Notes: generated by a model not told the origin, from the letters alone. 51,118 nucleotides of DNA from an uncultured Ruminococcus sp. (GCA_902779225.1 CACZAW010000001.1:1-51118), one strand, 5' to 3'. Shown: positions 18,944 to 28,336, numbered from the stretch's first letter. Program-made: numbers and translations.

Positions 18944-20352
18944 TGTTCAAACTCCTTCCGCTTGATCTTGCCCCACGATTTACGCAGCTTGCGGTACTTT
19001 ATGATACCCTCCACACGGAACAGCGTGATCATCTGGCGATAACCGAAGTTTTCCAGCACCGCGTAAATCGAAATGGCAATGCTCTGCTTGGCGTTCATCG
19101 CCGCTCTGTGCGTATACTGCTCCAGCACCAGACTGCCCTCGGAGAGGATAACGCCCAAGGCGACCGACAACAGGAAGTAGATGATAAAGAAGAACATATT
19201 CAGCTCTCCCATGATCAGCGTAAACGGTATCAGGAAATAACCGATGACCTCTACGACCGCGCCGAGCAGCTCGAATATCCAGTTGTACGGCACCGAGAAC
19301 AAGCCGACCACGCCGTAGAAGGGGTTAAAGGTCATGCCGATATGCGAGATCATGGTATCCATCAGTCCGATCTGCCAGCGTCTGCGCTGGCTGCGGATAT
19401 CCTGTACGGACATCGGGCCCTGCGTCCAGCAGATCGAGAACTCATTGAACTTGACCTTATATTTCTTTCTGTGCTTTCTCATATAGCGATGGATGCGCAC
19501 GACGATCTCCATATCCTCGCCGATGGTGTTGCGCTTATAGCCGCCGACGTCGATGACCGTCTGCTTGCGGAACAGTCCGAAGGCGCCCGATACGATCAGC
19601 AGCGAGTTTGAGGCGCTCCAGAAAACACGTCCCATCAAAAAGGAACGGTAGTATTCGACGATCTGAAAGCGCTCGATCAGCTTCTTGGGCATGGAAAAGC
19701 CCTTCAGCTCGCCGTTGACGATCTTGGAGCCGTTGGCGATACGCACCAGACCTCCCGCGACTACGGTGCGGGAATCCTTGATAAACTCCATGGAAAGACG
19801 GAGAAGCGCGTCTTTTTCGATACGGGAGTCTGCATCCAGACAGGTAAACAGCGGATAGCGCGAGATATTGATGCCCGCGTTGAGCGCGTCCGACTTACCG
19901 CCGTTCTTCTTTTGCACATACAGCAGGTTGGGGTATTCTCTGCTGTAATAGACCGCCTCGATCTTCTCGGTGGGGATCTGGTAACGGATCGAGGTCTCGA
20001 TCTTATGCATATGGAACGCCTGAACGAGCAGCTCGCCGGTTTTATCGGTCGAGCCGTCGTTGACCACGATGATCTCGAACATCGGATAGTTGATCGTCAT
20101 CAGCGACTTGACATTCTGCACGATATTCTCCTGCTCATTATATGCGGGGATGATCAGAGAAATCGGCAGCAGATTATCGCTGTCGACATAGCTGTGATAA
20201 TCATCGGAGAACGTTTTGTTATAGTTTTTATGCACGCGAAACAGCGATACGAACAGCTGGACAACATAGATGATATTGAGCAGCAGCGTAAACGCCATGC
20301 AAAAATAGTTGAATACGACAATAAAGGCTCTTATTGCGTTTAAAAATCCCAT
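18940..20352 (-). CDS. Processive GT2 polysaccharide synthase (IcaA/PgaC/YaiP-like)
   Basis: PAYNE, VVNDGS, GGKSDALN, LDAD, SGAFG, GED and QRRRW motifs, with N- and C-terminal TM helices. Confidence 0.9.
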   Translation of the reverse strand: MGFLNAIRAFIVVFNYFCMAFTLLLNIIYVVQLFVSLFRVHKNYNKTFSDDYHSYVDSDNLLPISLIIPAYNEQENIVQNVKSLMTINYPMFEIIVVNDGSTDKTGELLVQAFHMHKIETSIRYQIPTEKIEAVYYSREYPNLLYVQKKNGGKSDALNAGINISRYPLFTCLDADSRIEKDALLRLSMEFIKDSRTVVAGGLVRIANGSKIVNGELKGFSMPKKLIERFQIVEYYRSFLMGRVFWSASNSLLIVSGAFGLFRKQTVIDVGGYKRNTIGEDMEIVVRIHRYMRKHRKKYKVKFNEFSICWTQGPMSVQDIRSQRRRWQIGLMDTMISHIGMTFNPFYGVVGLFSVPYNWIFELLGAVVEVIGYFLIPFTLIMGELNMFFFIIYFLLSVALGVILSEGSLVLEQYTHRAAMNAKQSIAISIYAVLENFGYRQMITLFRVEGIIKYRKLRKSWGKIKRKEFEQ

Positions 20353-20379
20353 AGCCTCTCCTCCTTTCCGATAAATCGA

Positions 20380-21459
20380 TCATTCGGTGTCGACCTGTCT
20401 GTACAGGACGGTTTTGACGGCGTCCGCCGCAAAGCGATCGTAGCCGCCCAATATCTCTTCCAGATCGTTGGCCGAGATATCCATTCTTGTGATAGACTGT
20501 GCAGCCGCCTGACGCACCCACCACTCCTTGTCGCTGAGGGCGTGCTTGACGGTCGCGAGCGCCGTATCGGTCTTCAGCAGAGAAAGACCTCTGACGGCAG
20601 ACTGCCTGATGACCCAGTCTTTATCGCTCGCAGCGATCTGCAAAAGCTGTTCGTCCTCGGGATTACCGAAGGCAGCGAGCGCCTTGACGCAGGCGATCTT
20701 CATCTGATCATCATTGCCTGCCGCGCCCTCGATATACATCGGTCTGAACGCTTCGATCTTGTAGGGCGCGATGGTCTTGATGATCGTACACTTCATATAT
20801 TTATTGCACTTTTCAAACAACCGCTCGGCAAGCACCTGCCTGCTGCCGGTGAACTGGGCAAAAAACTCGTTGATGATCCTCGCCGAGTAGAGGCGGTCGT
20901 CCTGGATCTCCAAGAGATATTTTGCCACATCGTCGACGTCGCCCATATGACACAGCGCCATGGCGGCGTTATAGGCAAGGTCGCGGTGCTTGTCGTCAAC
21001 ATATTCTTTGATTTTATCGCGGTACTCTACCGCTTCAAGCTCGGCGAGTCTTCTGCAGGCATAGCTCTTGTGGTATACGTCGCCCTCATCGAGCATCGTT
21101 GCGTAGATCTCCACCGGCTGAACCTGCTCATTGATATGCAGGATCAGCTCGTCAAGAGCCTTGGGGTCGGAACTGTATCTGCTGCCTCTGTGCTCTCTGA
21201 TGGACGTCAGCGCCATTTCATATACTTCAAAATCGCCGTTGATCTCGTCGGAGAGCGCTTTTACCTCTGCGTTTCGGCTGCTGAGAGTCGGCGCAAAGAG
21301 CACCCCCTCAACATGGATATCAAGCCTGCGCCTGATGTTCTCTACGCGCGCCGTATTTTCGTCCTGACGTTCGGCTAAGCGATAATGAAGAATGTACTCT
21401 ATACCGATGATCGATAAACAAAGAAGCAGTCCGATAACGCTGATCAATTCTATTTTCAC
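20380..21459 (-). CDS. Membrane-anchored HEAT-repeat protein
   Basis: N-terminal TM; D.DWVIRQSAVRGL and DKEWWVRQAAAQSI HEAT/PBS-lyase-like repeats. Confidence 0.85.
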   Translation of the reverse strand: MKIELISVIGLLLCLSIIGIEYILHYRLAERQDENTARVENIRRRLDIHVEGVLFAPTLSSRNAEVKALSDEINGDFEVYEMALTSIREHRGSRYSSDPKALDELILHINEQVQPVEIYATMLDEGDVYHKSYACRRLAELEAVEYRDKIKEYVDDKHRDLAYNAAMALCHMGDVDDVAKYLLEIQDDRLYSARIINEFFAQFTGSRQVLAERLFEKCNKYMKCTIIKTIAPYKIEAFRPMYIEGAAGNDDQMKIACVKALAAFGNPEDEQLLQIAASDKDWVIRQSAVRGLSLLKTDTALATVKHALSDKEWWVRQAAAQSITRMDISANDLEEILGGYDRFAADAVKTVLYRQVDTE

Positions 21460-21498
21460 GACGTTATCTCCTTATTGTTTTTTCTGTGATATAGGCTG

Positions 21499-24400
21499 TT
21501 AATTTGCTGTAAAATATTGCTGAAGGATGCCGTAGCTTTCCTTTTGTCTGATCGCATAATTGACCGTTTCCCACTTGCTCCATTCAAATACCTTGTAGCC
21601 GGGATCGTGCTTATCTGCCGGGAAACCGTAGATCAGGTCGCCCTCTTTGCGTTCACCGATCATAACGGATACCAGGGCGCCGTTGGTGGTAACGGTTTTT
21701 GCCTGCGGCTGATCCAGCGAGGGATCGTTGATCACCAGCTTTTTGGACGGCTCGGCTACGTTCAGCCATGTCCACGGCAGGCGGATATTGATGGTCGAGC
21801 CGGTCTGATAAAACTGGGTATCGCTCGAGGTAAAGCCGCCGTAGGACAGGTCGGCTACCTTATTATACTCGCCGGAATAGCTCTCTTTTGACGACGCCGA
21901 TCCGCGGCTGCGGTCATAGCTGCGGGTCACATAGAGCGCCGCATCCTGTTTGCCTTCAAAACGGAGGGTGTATTCCATACCGGACAGGGAGTTCGGGGTA
22001 AAGTCTTTGGCATAAAAATACTCGCCGTCGTTGCGCTGATAGGTGTCGATTCCGACAAACATCGCGTTTTCTTTATAATCCAGCTCCTCAAACAGCTCAA
22101 GCGTGATATACATATAGCTTTCGTCGCTGTACATGGAAACCGCCTGAACCAGGTCGTCGTCCGATAATACCAGACCGGGCGTATCGGGGATCTTGCTGTC
22201 CAGAGCGAGCAGACCCGTCATCTGCGCGCTGTCACAGGTATTGTGCCACAAATAGCCGGTCGACGCCGAGCCGCTGTATTTCGCCATATCCTCGCCGATC
22301 GCACTCCACGAATCGTTGAGGTCATAGACGACCGCGCCCAGCATCCCGCTGTCCTTGATCGCCTTGAGCGCATCCGTAATCGCGGCGCCCTGCTCCTCCT
22401 CGGTGACAGCATCCTGTCCGAAGATCGCGTTGACGTTGGAGAACGAGACGCCCGATATCAGCGTGTCGGGATCCGCTTTTGCTAAATCGGCTATCACGGA
22501 ATCGGAATACGCTGCGCCCGAGGCGCCGCTCAGGTAGTCGATCCGCTCGGGATCCATCAGGATCTCGTTAAAGACATATTGCTTGCATTCGGGAGCGGCG
22601 TAATCGCGGAACTGATACGCATCCTTGCTGTTGACATATGACTGCCCCTTGAGCATATTCATATCCGTTGAGATCGCAACAGGCGTATAGTAATCGTATG
22701 AATCATAGGACGCCGACTGAGCCGTGTCATACAGGAATGCCGCAAAGCCGTTGATTCCTTTGCTGTCCTTTACATAATCGCCGCTGTAGGAATAGGAGGA
22801 CAGACCCTTGATCTGCTTGACGTTTTCGGCGGTGAGCTCCGGATCGACGACGATGCACAGAACGCAGTCGGATACGTCGTTGAAGTAGCTGACCCTGCCT
22901 GTCTTGATGCTTTCGACGGTAGCTTTGCCGTGCAAGGCGTCAACGGTACTCCGAACGGCGCTTTCCCATTTCTTGATGCCGTCCTCGGTCAGATAATCCG
23001 CCGCCTTGAGGTCGGCGGGCTTTTTGACCCGCTGAATGATATATATCTTTTGATTATCCGAATCTTTATTATGACGGCTGACGGCGGCATAGAACTCCGG
23101 AGGATACAGATCCTTTGCCTCTATGCAGTTGACGCCGAGATCGGCGGCGTTGGAGATCAGGTTTTCGTAGTAGGTGAAGTCGCGGGAATACTTATCCGTT
23201 CCCGGTTCGTCGGCATTGAGCGATACCGCCTTGAGTTCCAGCTTCTTCCAGTTTTCATCCTCGTAGATCTGGAAGCTGCCGTTATTGACGCGCGATACCT
23301 CCTCGTGGCTCTCCTTCTCCTCCGTATAGACCGTCGACTTTGTATCGTTGAGGATATGTCGGATCAAAGGATTATAGAAGCGCCAGTAGAAGTTTGAGAT
23401 ATCGCCCTGACGGTCGTAGGAGAGGAACTTCCAGAACTGGTTCGCAAAGAGGAAGCCGCCGTAGCGCTCGCCGCTGACATAGTCGTTGAAATCTCCCGCG
23501 AAATAGTATACGGGAGCGTAGCCCTCCTCCTGACGGCGGGTGATCGCGCAGAAGCGGGGCGTTTTGCTGATCTCTTTGATCTTCTCCATTCCCGTCGCGT
23601 TGAGGTCGAACTCAAAGGTCGCGATATTTTCCACGCCGTAGTTCGGCTCGATCAGCTCGAACCAGTTGTAGAAATTACAGTTGCCGCAATCGCCGAACTC
23701 TTTTTTATACTCTTCATTGATATAGATCTTCAACAGATCCTTGGTGATAAAATCGGTGTTTTGCTCGAGGACGATGATCTTGCCGTCCTCGGACACCAGC
23801 ATGATGCCGGGGCCGGTAAAGCGCCATTCGACGCCCTCCTGCTGCTCATACATCGGGGGCGCCCAGTCGGGAACGTCGGTGAAATCCTCCAGATCGACAA
23901 TATATCTGCCGATCCATTTCTTCGGCGACACGCCCAGCAGGTTGACCAGCTGCGCGCGGACGGAATCCGACAGCGGCGAGCTGAACAGCGCCGCCTCGGT
24001 GATGATCGGCGCGCCGCTCTCATACGCAAAGTTGATATAAGACATATCGTCGTCGGAGATGCCGCCGTTGAGCGGGGTGCTGCCGTTGTAATAGCCGAAG
24101 GTGTCGTTGCCGAGACCGTAGGCGTCGGAAAGATAGACGAGATCGGGCTTTGTCTCGGAGTCGGAGAACTCAACACTGTGGTCAAAAGCGCCCTCTCCGT
24201 CCAGCATCGGTCCGAAGTAGTCGTGCTTATAATCGTAGGAGGTACCGTCGGGCTTGACGTACTTCTGCTGATTCAGGATCCAGTAAAAGCCCCTGTGCTT
24301 GCGGTATATGTTATCCTTGATGATATCGCCGTCCTCGGAATAGGACAGCACGGTTTTATCCATAACGGCAACAACCAGCGTCTTCTTCGGCAGCAGATGC

Positions 24401-24588
24401 CAGATGATGAACAGCAGCGCGATCGCCAGCACGAGAACGGCAGCCAATATGTGATACCATTTCAGCCTCTTGTGAAACTTCTTGACTTTCTTTTGCCGGA
24501 TATCCTGCTGCTCTTCAAAATTGACTTCTTCAGCGGGCTTTTGCGGTTCGCCGATATGATCCGGCTTGTTCTTTTTTCTTTTAAACAT
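21499..24588 (-). CDS. 1029-aa membrane-anchored protein: ~400-aa N-terminal domain fused to a degenerate GH-A-like domain
   Basis: Single N-terminal TM; the C-terminal part aligns by eye with the two paralogs (IRLPWTWLNVAEPS vs IRIPWQLLNVMDPS) but lacks the AE(Y/F)G motif. Confidence 0.65.
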   Translation of the reverse strand: MFKRKKNKPDHIGEPQKPAEEVNFEEQQDIRQKKVKKFHKRLKWYHILAAVLVLAIALLFIIWHLLPKKTLVVAVMDKTVLSYSEDGDIIKDNIYRKHRGFYWILNQQKYVKPDGTSYDYKHDYFGPMLDGEGAFDHSVEFSDSETKPDLVYLSDAYGLGNDTFGYYNGSTPLNGGISDDDMSYINFAYESGAPIITEAALFSSPLSDSVRAQLVNLLGVSPKKWIGRYIVDLEDFTDVPDWAPPMYEQQEGVEWRFTGPGIMLVSEDGKIIVLEQNTDFITKDLLKIYINEEYKKEFGDCGNCNFYNWFELIEPNYGVENIATFEFDLNATGMEKIKEISKTPRFCAITRRQEEGYAPVYYFAGDFNDYVSGERYGGFLFANQFWKFLSYDRQGDISNFYWRFYNPLIRHILNDTKSTVYTEEKESHEEVSRVNNGSFQIYEDENWKKLELKAVSLNADEPGTDKYSRDFTYYENLISNAADLGVNCIEAKDLYPPEFYAAVSRHNKDSDNQKIYIIQRVKKPADLKAADYLTEDGIKKWESAVRSTVDALHGKATVESIKTGRVSYFNDVSDCVLCIVVDPELTAENVKQIKGLSSYSYSGDYVKDSKGINGFAAFLYDTAQSASYDSYDYYTPVAISTDMNMLKGQSYVNSKDAYQFRDYAAPECKQYVFNEILMDPERIDYLSGASGAAYSDSVIADLAKADPDTLISGVSFSNVNAIFGQDAVTEEEQGAAITDALKAIKDSGMLGAVVYDLNDSWSAIGEDMAKYSGSASTGYLWHNTCDSAQMTGLLALDSKIPDTPGLVLSDDDLVQAVSMYSDESYMYITLELFEELDYKENAMFVGIDTYQRNDGEYFYAKDFTPNSLSGMEYTLRFEGKQDAALYVTRSYDRSRGSASSKESYSGEYNKVADLSYGGFTSSDTQFYQTGSTINIRLPWTWLNVAEPSKKLVINDPSLDQPQAKTVTTNGALVSVMIGERKEGDLIYGFPADKHDPGYKVFEWSKWETVNYAIRQKESYGILQQYFTAN

Positions 24589-24612
24589 CCGAATACCTCT
24601 TGCGTGATATGA

Positions 24613-26808
24613 TTACTCTTCTTTCAGATACTCCAGGAAGGCTGTGCAGATCTGCGGGTCAAAGATCTTGCCGCTGTATTCTGCAAGATAATTCATCGCG
24701 GCTTCTTTTGTCCACGCTTTCTTATAGGATCGCTCCGATACCAGCGCGTCATAAACGTCGCAGACCGTGACGATACGCGCCTCGATCGGGATATCTTCTC
24801 CCTTTAATCCGTTTTTGCCCATACCGTTATACTGCTCGTGATGATATCGCGCGATCACGGCGGCGGTAGAGATCAACGGATCGTCGGCAAACGCCGACAG
24901 GATGGTATAACCGAAGTCGGTATGGCTGCTGATGATGATCTGTTCTTCCTCATTCAGCCTGCCGCGCTTTTCAATGATATACTTGGGAACTGCGATCTTG
25001 CCCAGATCGTGCAGCTTCGACGCGGTCGCGATATGCTCGGCCTTTGCTTCGTCAAAGCCCATTCTCCCGCACAGCTCTCGGGTGTATCTGCAAATATTCT
25101 CGAGATGCTCGACCGAACAGCCGTTGTCAAGCTCTGCGTTTTCGGCAAGCTCCTCAAAAATGATATTGATGTCACGTTTATCCTTCTGGACAAACATATT
25201 CTCGTATGTGGTCTCCAGTCCGCAGTATGTCGCTTCAAGCATACTGATAAAGAAGGAATCCAGACCGTTTTTGATATTTTCGAAATGGATGATACAGCCG
25301 ATATCCTCTCCGTTTTTTAAAATATACTCAAAGTATGTCTCGGCGAAGAGGTAGTTCTTGTCATTCTTCAGGAAGTTGTTTTCGATCACCTGATAGTGAC
25401 AGCCCGACACGCCCTTACTGATCACCTCGGTGTATACGCCGTTTTCCTTGACGGCAACGCAGTAATCGGCGTCGGCGTTTTCGCTGTTATACTTGGTCAA
25501 AAGCTCCAACAACTCGGTGACCACCGTGTGGTAGAAGGCGTCCTGATCGGAGCAGCTGAGCATATTGCGGATAAAAACGGAGATCAGATCCACCGAATCG
25601 CCGTATTGGACGCTCTGCTCGCGGAACTCGCTGTTCTTCATCATAAATTGGTAATCGTGGATATAGGTATACTCCAGAACGCATCCGACGACAAAGGTCG
25701 ACATGGCGACTGTATAGATATACAGCACCCTAAGTCGGCTGATCAGCAGGATACCCGCAAAGAAGATCATCAGCGCGTAAAAGATGCACATGATAAAAAC
25801 AGGTGTCGCGTACTGGGTTCGGCGTTCGAGCTGCGACAACGCGAGCCGCGCGACGAATACGACCGCCGCCAGGCAAAGCACGCTCATGACGATCGAGGAT
25901 ATCCTCACCATCACAGCGGAGAACGAAAGCATCATCATCGTGATCGAGATGACGGCGGCAAGGCCGATCACAACGCCCGTTCTTCGATGATTCTTAAACA
26001 GTCCGTTCAGAAATGCCAGCGTGAGCAAAAACGTCATCTGGACGGGTATCTCCGATAATCTCAGCCATATCGGCAGATTCAGCATATAGGTGGATTCGGG
26101 CAGCAGATGCAATATGATCGCAAAGCCCAGATACGCGGCAAGTCCCGCCACGATCAGCGAACGGTAAAACCGGCGACGGACGATCGATATCACGGCAAAG
26201 ACCGCCATTGCGATCAAGCCTGTCAGCAGGATCCCCGCGCCGAAGTAAAAGCCCAGCGGGAAGTCGAACGCGGGATCGCCGCCCTCTTTCAGATACGCTT
26301 CAAATCTGACGGAAAAAGGCAGCTTCATAAATATGTCTATCTGCTGCTCATGGGTCGAGGGCTCCAGATAAAACGAATTATAACAGTTGCCGACGTATTC
26401 TTCGCTGTCGAACTGATTATTATAGACGACCTTACCGTTCAGGCGGATCTTCACGGGCGCATAATCGGTGATCAGCACAAAGTTTTTACCCGTATCCTCG
26501 GGAGTAATGGTCTTGGTCAGATACAGATTGTCCTTTTTGACGCCGCTCTCCGTCAACAGAGGATTCTGTTCATTGAAATTGCGCAGATCTCCTTCGGGGA
26601 CGGTTCCCGGCTTTTCGGTATACAGATAACCCCATCCCGAGAACGTATTATCATGCTGATAGCTGCCTGCGACGTAATCCGCGACAAAATATACCGCGAC
26701 CGTCAACAGAAAAACGATCATCGCTACGCCTAACAGGGGCAGCACGCCCTCCTTGAATTTGGCGCTGTTCAGTTTTTGCTTTTTCTTGGTTTCTTTTTCT
26801 TTCATCAT
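24613..26808 (-). CDS. Multi-TM sensor fused to an HD-GYP-like domain with a degenerate GYP loop
   Basis: Extracellular domain and ~7 TM, then LHDLGK, HT..G, YHHEQYNGMGKNGLKGEDIP and CDVYDAL. Confidence 0.8.
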   Translation of the reverse strand: MMKEKETKKKQKLNSAKFKEGVLPLLGVAMIVFLLTVAVYFVADYVAGSYQHDNTFSGWGYLYTEKPGTVPEGDLRNFNEQNPLLTESGVKKDNLYLTKTITPEDTGKNFVLITDYAPVKIRLNGKVVYNNQFDSEEYVGNCYNSFYLEPSTHEQQIDIFMKLPFSVRFEAYLKEGGDPAFDFPLGFYFGAGILLTGLIAMAVFAVISIVRRRFYRSLIVAGLAAYLGFAIILHLLPESTYMLNLPIWLRLSEIPVQMTFLLTLAFLNGLFKNHRRTGVVIGLAAVISITMMMLSFSAVMVRISSIVMSVLCLAAVVFVARLALSQLERRTQYATPVFIMCIFYALMIFFAGILLISRLRVLYIYTVAMSTFVVGCVLEYTYIHDYQFMMKNSEFREQSVQYGDSVDLISVFIRNMLSCSDQDAFYHTVVTELLELLTKYNSENADADYCVAVKENGVYTEVISKGVSGCHYQVIENNFLKNDKNYLFAETYFEYILKNGEDIGCIIHFENIKNGLDSFFISMLEATYCGLETTYENMFVQKDKRDINIIFEELAENAELDNGCSVEHLENICRYTRELCGRMGFDEAKAEHIATASKLHDLGKIAVPKYIIEKRGRLNEEEQIIISSHTDFGYTILSAFADDPLISTAAVIARYHHEQYNGMGKNGLKGEDIPIEARIVTVCDVYDALVSERSYKKAWTKEAAMNYLAEYSGKIFDPQICTAFLEYLKEE

Positions 26809-27020
26809 TTCAGTCTTGAATACTTCTTCAATAAGCTTATGACGTCATCTTCGGTAACGGGCGCGTTTTCGGTATGCTCTTCTTCATACAAAAGATCCTG
26901 CACTTCGTCAAGCACATTCTGGATCTCTGTCTGATATGCGGTTATGTCTTTCAGCGCCTGCTTCATACGTTCGTTTTCTTGCTCGAGCTGTTCGAGCATA
27001 ATCTCATTTCTATCTTCCAT
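26805..27020 (-). CDS. Small acidic coiled-coil hypothetical protein
   Basis: GAGG RBS, heptad-like sequence, stop overlaps the next start (ATGA coupling). Confidence 0.7.
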   Translation of the reverse strand: MEDRNEIMLEQLEQENERMKQALKDITAYQTEIQNVLDEVQDLLYEEEHTENAPVTEDDVISLLKKYSRLK

Positions 27021-27027
27021 AACAGCC

Positions 27028-27717
27028 TCACTCTGCGGAAAGCGAGTCGATCACAGGCTTTCCGTCTTTAATCTTTACATTGATGGTCGTTCTGCCAAGC
27101 AGCGTTTCGCGTTCGAATTCATTGTAGAAGGTGGTGATGATCTCAGCGTTATCGGCGCCGGTATCGACCGCATCTACGGTGTAATAGATATTGCAGCCGT
27201 ATTCGGGGATCCACATCTCAAACCGTTTTTTGCCCTTGTTATATAAAACGGAATCCTTCACCTCAAAATCATCGCTTCCGAAGAGGATCGTCAGCTGTTC
27301 CTTGATCTGTTCCTCGGTCGCGTCGCGATACTGCATGGCTTTATTATTCATTTCATTAAGGTTCTCGAAATAGACATGGGAGAAGGCAAACTGTACCAGC
27401 GCGTCGATCGGGATATCCTTAGCGGAAGCAAACTTCGGCTGCGCCATCATATAGGCGAGCTCGTAGGCGCGCAGGGAAAAATCCTTAACGCTGACCTCCA
27501 CGCCGTTAACGGTGACGGGATCGGTTTTTCCCGATCCGTAGGAATGAAAGCCCTCCTGCTCCTTTTCCTCTTCCTTCTCGCTGAACTTAACGTCGTATTC
27601 CGTCGACGCCTCATCCTTTTGCTTTACGTTCGGATCGGCGCTGCACGATGCAAAAAGCATCGCCGCCATCACCGCCGCAAGCAAAAAGCAGACGATTTTT
27701 ATCCGATTGTTTTTCAT
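27028..27717 (-). CDS. Hypothetical lipoprotein, first gene of the riboswitch-controlled operon
   Basis: MKNNRIK... signal with lipobox FASC; start placed at ATG 27717 after GGAGGA. Confidence 0.75.
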   Translation of the reverse strand: MKNNRIKIVCFLLAAVMAAMLFASCSADPNVKQKDEASTEYDVKFSEKEEEKEQEGFHSYGSGKTDPVTVNGVEVSVKDFSLRAYELAYMMAQPKFASAKDIPIDALVQFAFSHVYFENLNEMNNKAMQYRDATEEQIKEQLTILFGSDDFEVKDSVLYNKGKKRFEMWIPEYGCNIYYTVDAVDTGADNAEIITTFYNEFERETLLGRTTINVKIKDGKPVIDSLSAE

Positions 27718-27790
27718 AACCATTCCTCCGTTGCAAAATGAAGATAGCTTACACGCTGCGACCGGTACGGGTCTTTGATTCATCCGACAA

Positions 27791-27848
27791 TAAAAAAACC
27801 GCCTGCTCAAAAACTACGATCTGTAATTAATGATGCAGCCGGTCGATC
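27791..27848 (-). terminator. Second leader terminator (T2), a duplicate of the riboswitch platform
   Basis: Minus strand GATCGACCGGCTGCA...GCAGGCGGTTTTTTTA. Confidence 0.7.
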
Positions 27849-27860
27849 CTACAGTCTACT

Positions 27861-27914
27861 AAAAAGAAACCCGCCTGCACTCTCATTACTCTCGGTAAAT
27901 CAACGTGCAGCCGG
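27861..27914 (-). terminator. First leader terminator (T1), overlapping the aptamer 3' end
   Basis: Minus strand CCGGCTGCAC...GTGCAGGCGG GTTTCTTTTT. Confidence 0.75.
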
Positions 27915-27982
27915 TCGGTCATATAGCATACTATTTAGACACCAGAGCTTTGCGTCACCGCTTTTCAACGGCTTTGCCCTCT
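27905..27982 (-). ncRNA. c-di-GMP-I (GEMM-I) riboswitch, canonical G20
   Basis: Minus strand GG-GC-AAA-GCCGTT-GAAA-AGCGGT-GAC-GC-AAA-GCTCTGGTGTCTAAATAGTATGCTATATGACCGACCGGCTGCAC. Confidence 0.9.
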
Positions 27983-27994
27983 ATTTTTGCGGTA

Positions 27995-28023
27995 ATTATA
28001 TCACAGATCATCAAAAAAATCAA
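27995..28023 (-). promoter_or_regulatory. Sigma-A promoter of the polysaccharide operon
   Basis: Minus strand TTGATT-17nt-TATAAT with a TGn extension, just upstream of the aptamer. Confidence 0.75.
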
Positions 28024-28159
28024 GCAGAATTCAAAAAATCTATATAAAATCTATATAATTGTATAGCCTGATCGTCGCGATAAAAAGGCTGTCTGCACAG
28101 GTTGCCGCAAACAATCGGCGACGATCGCGCATATATTTAGTGAAATTGCAAAAAAATGA

Positions 28160-28188
28160 TTGTAATTTGACAAATAATATTGTATAAT
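28160..28188 (+). promoter_or_regulatory. Putative sigma-A promoter of the EAL / HD-GYP genes
   Basis: TTGTAA-17nt-TATAAT. Confidence 0.55.
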
Positions 28189-28336
28189 TGAGTTTGGGTT
28201 GTTATAAAGACTATCAAATGTTCATTGATCCCATATACAGCTTTGAGGAAAAGGACAAGGATAACGGCACAAAGCCCCGATCCGAAGAGCTGACAGCAGC
28301 GCTTTCTGAATGCTATCAAACGATACGGAGAAGCTT

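Noticed and set aside
27718-27810. N-terminal extensions in the ORF track (27810, 13102, 35756 and 30043 starts)
   Set aside because: They overlap leader terminators or lack an RBS; downstream ATGs have good Shine-Dalgarno sites.
28189-28336. Long leader of the EAL gene as a possible riboswitch
   Set aside because: I could not see a recognisable aptamer consensus or terminator.
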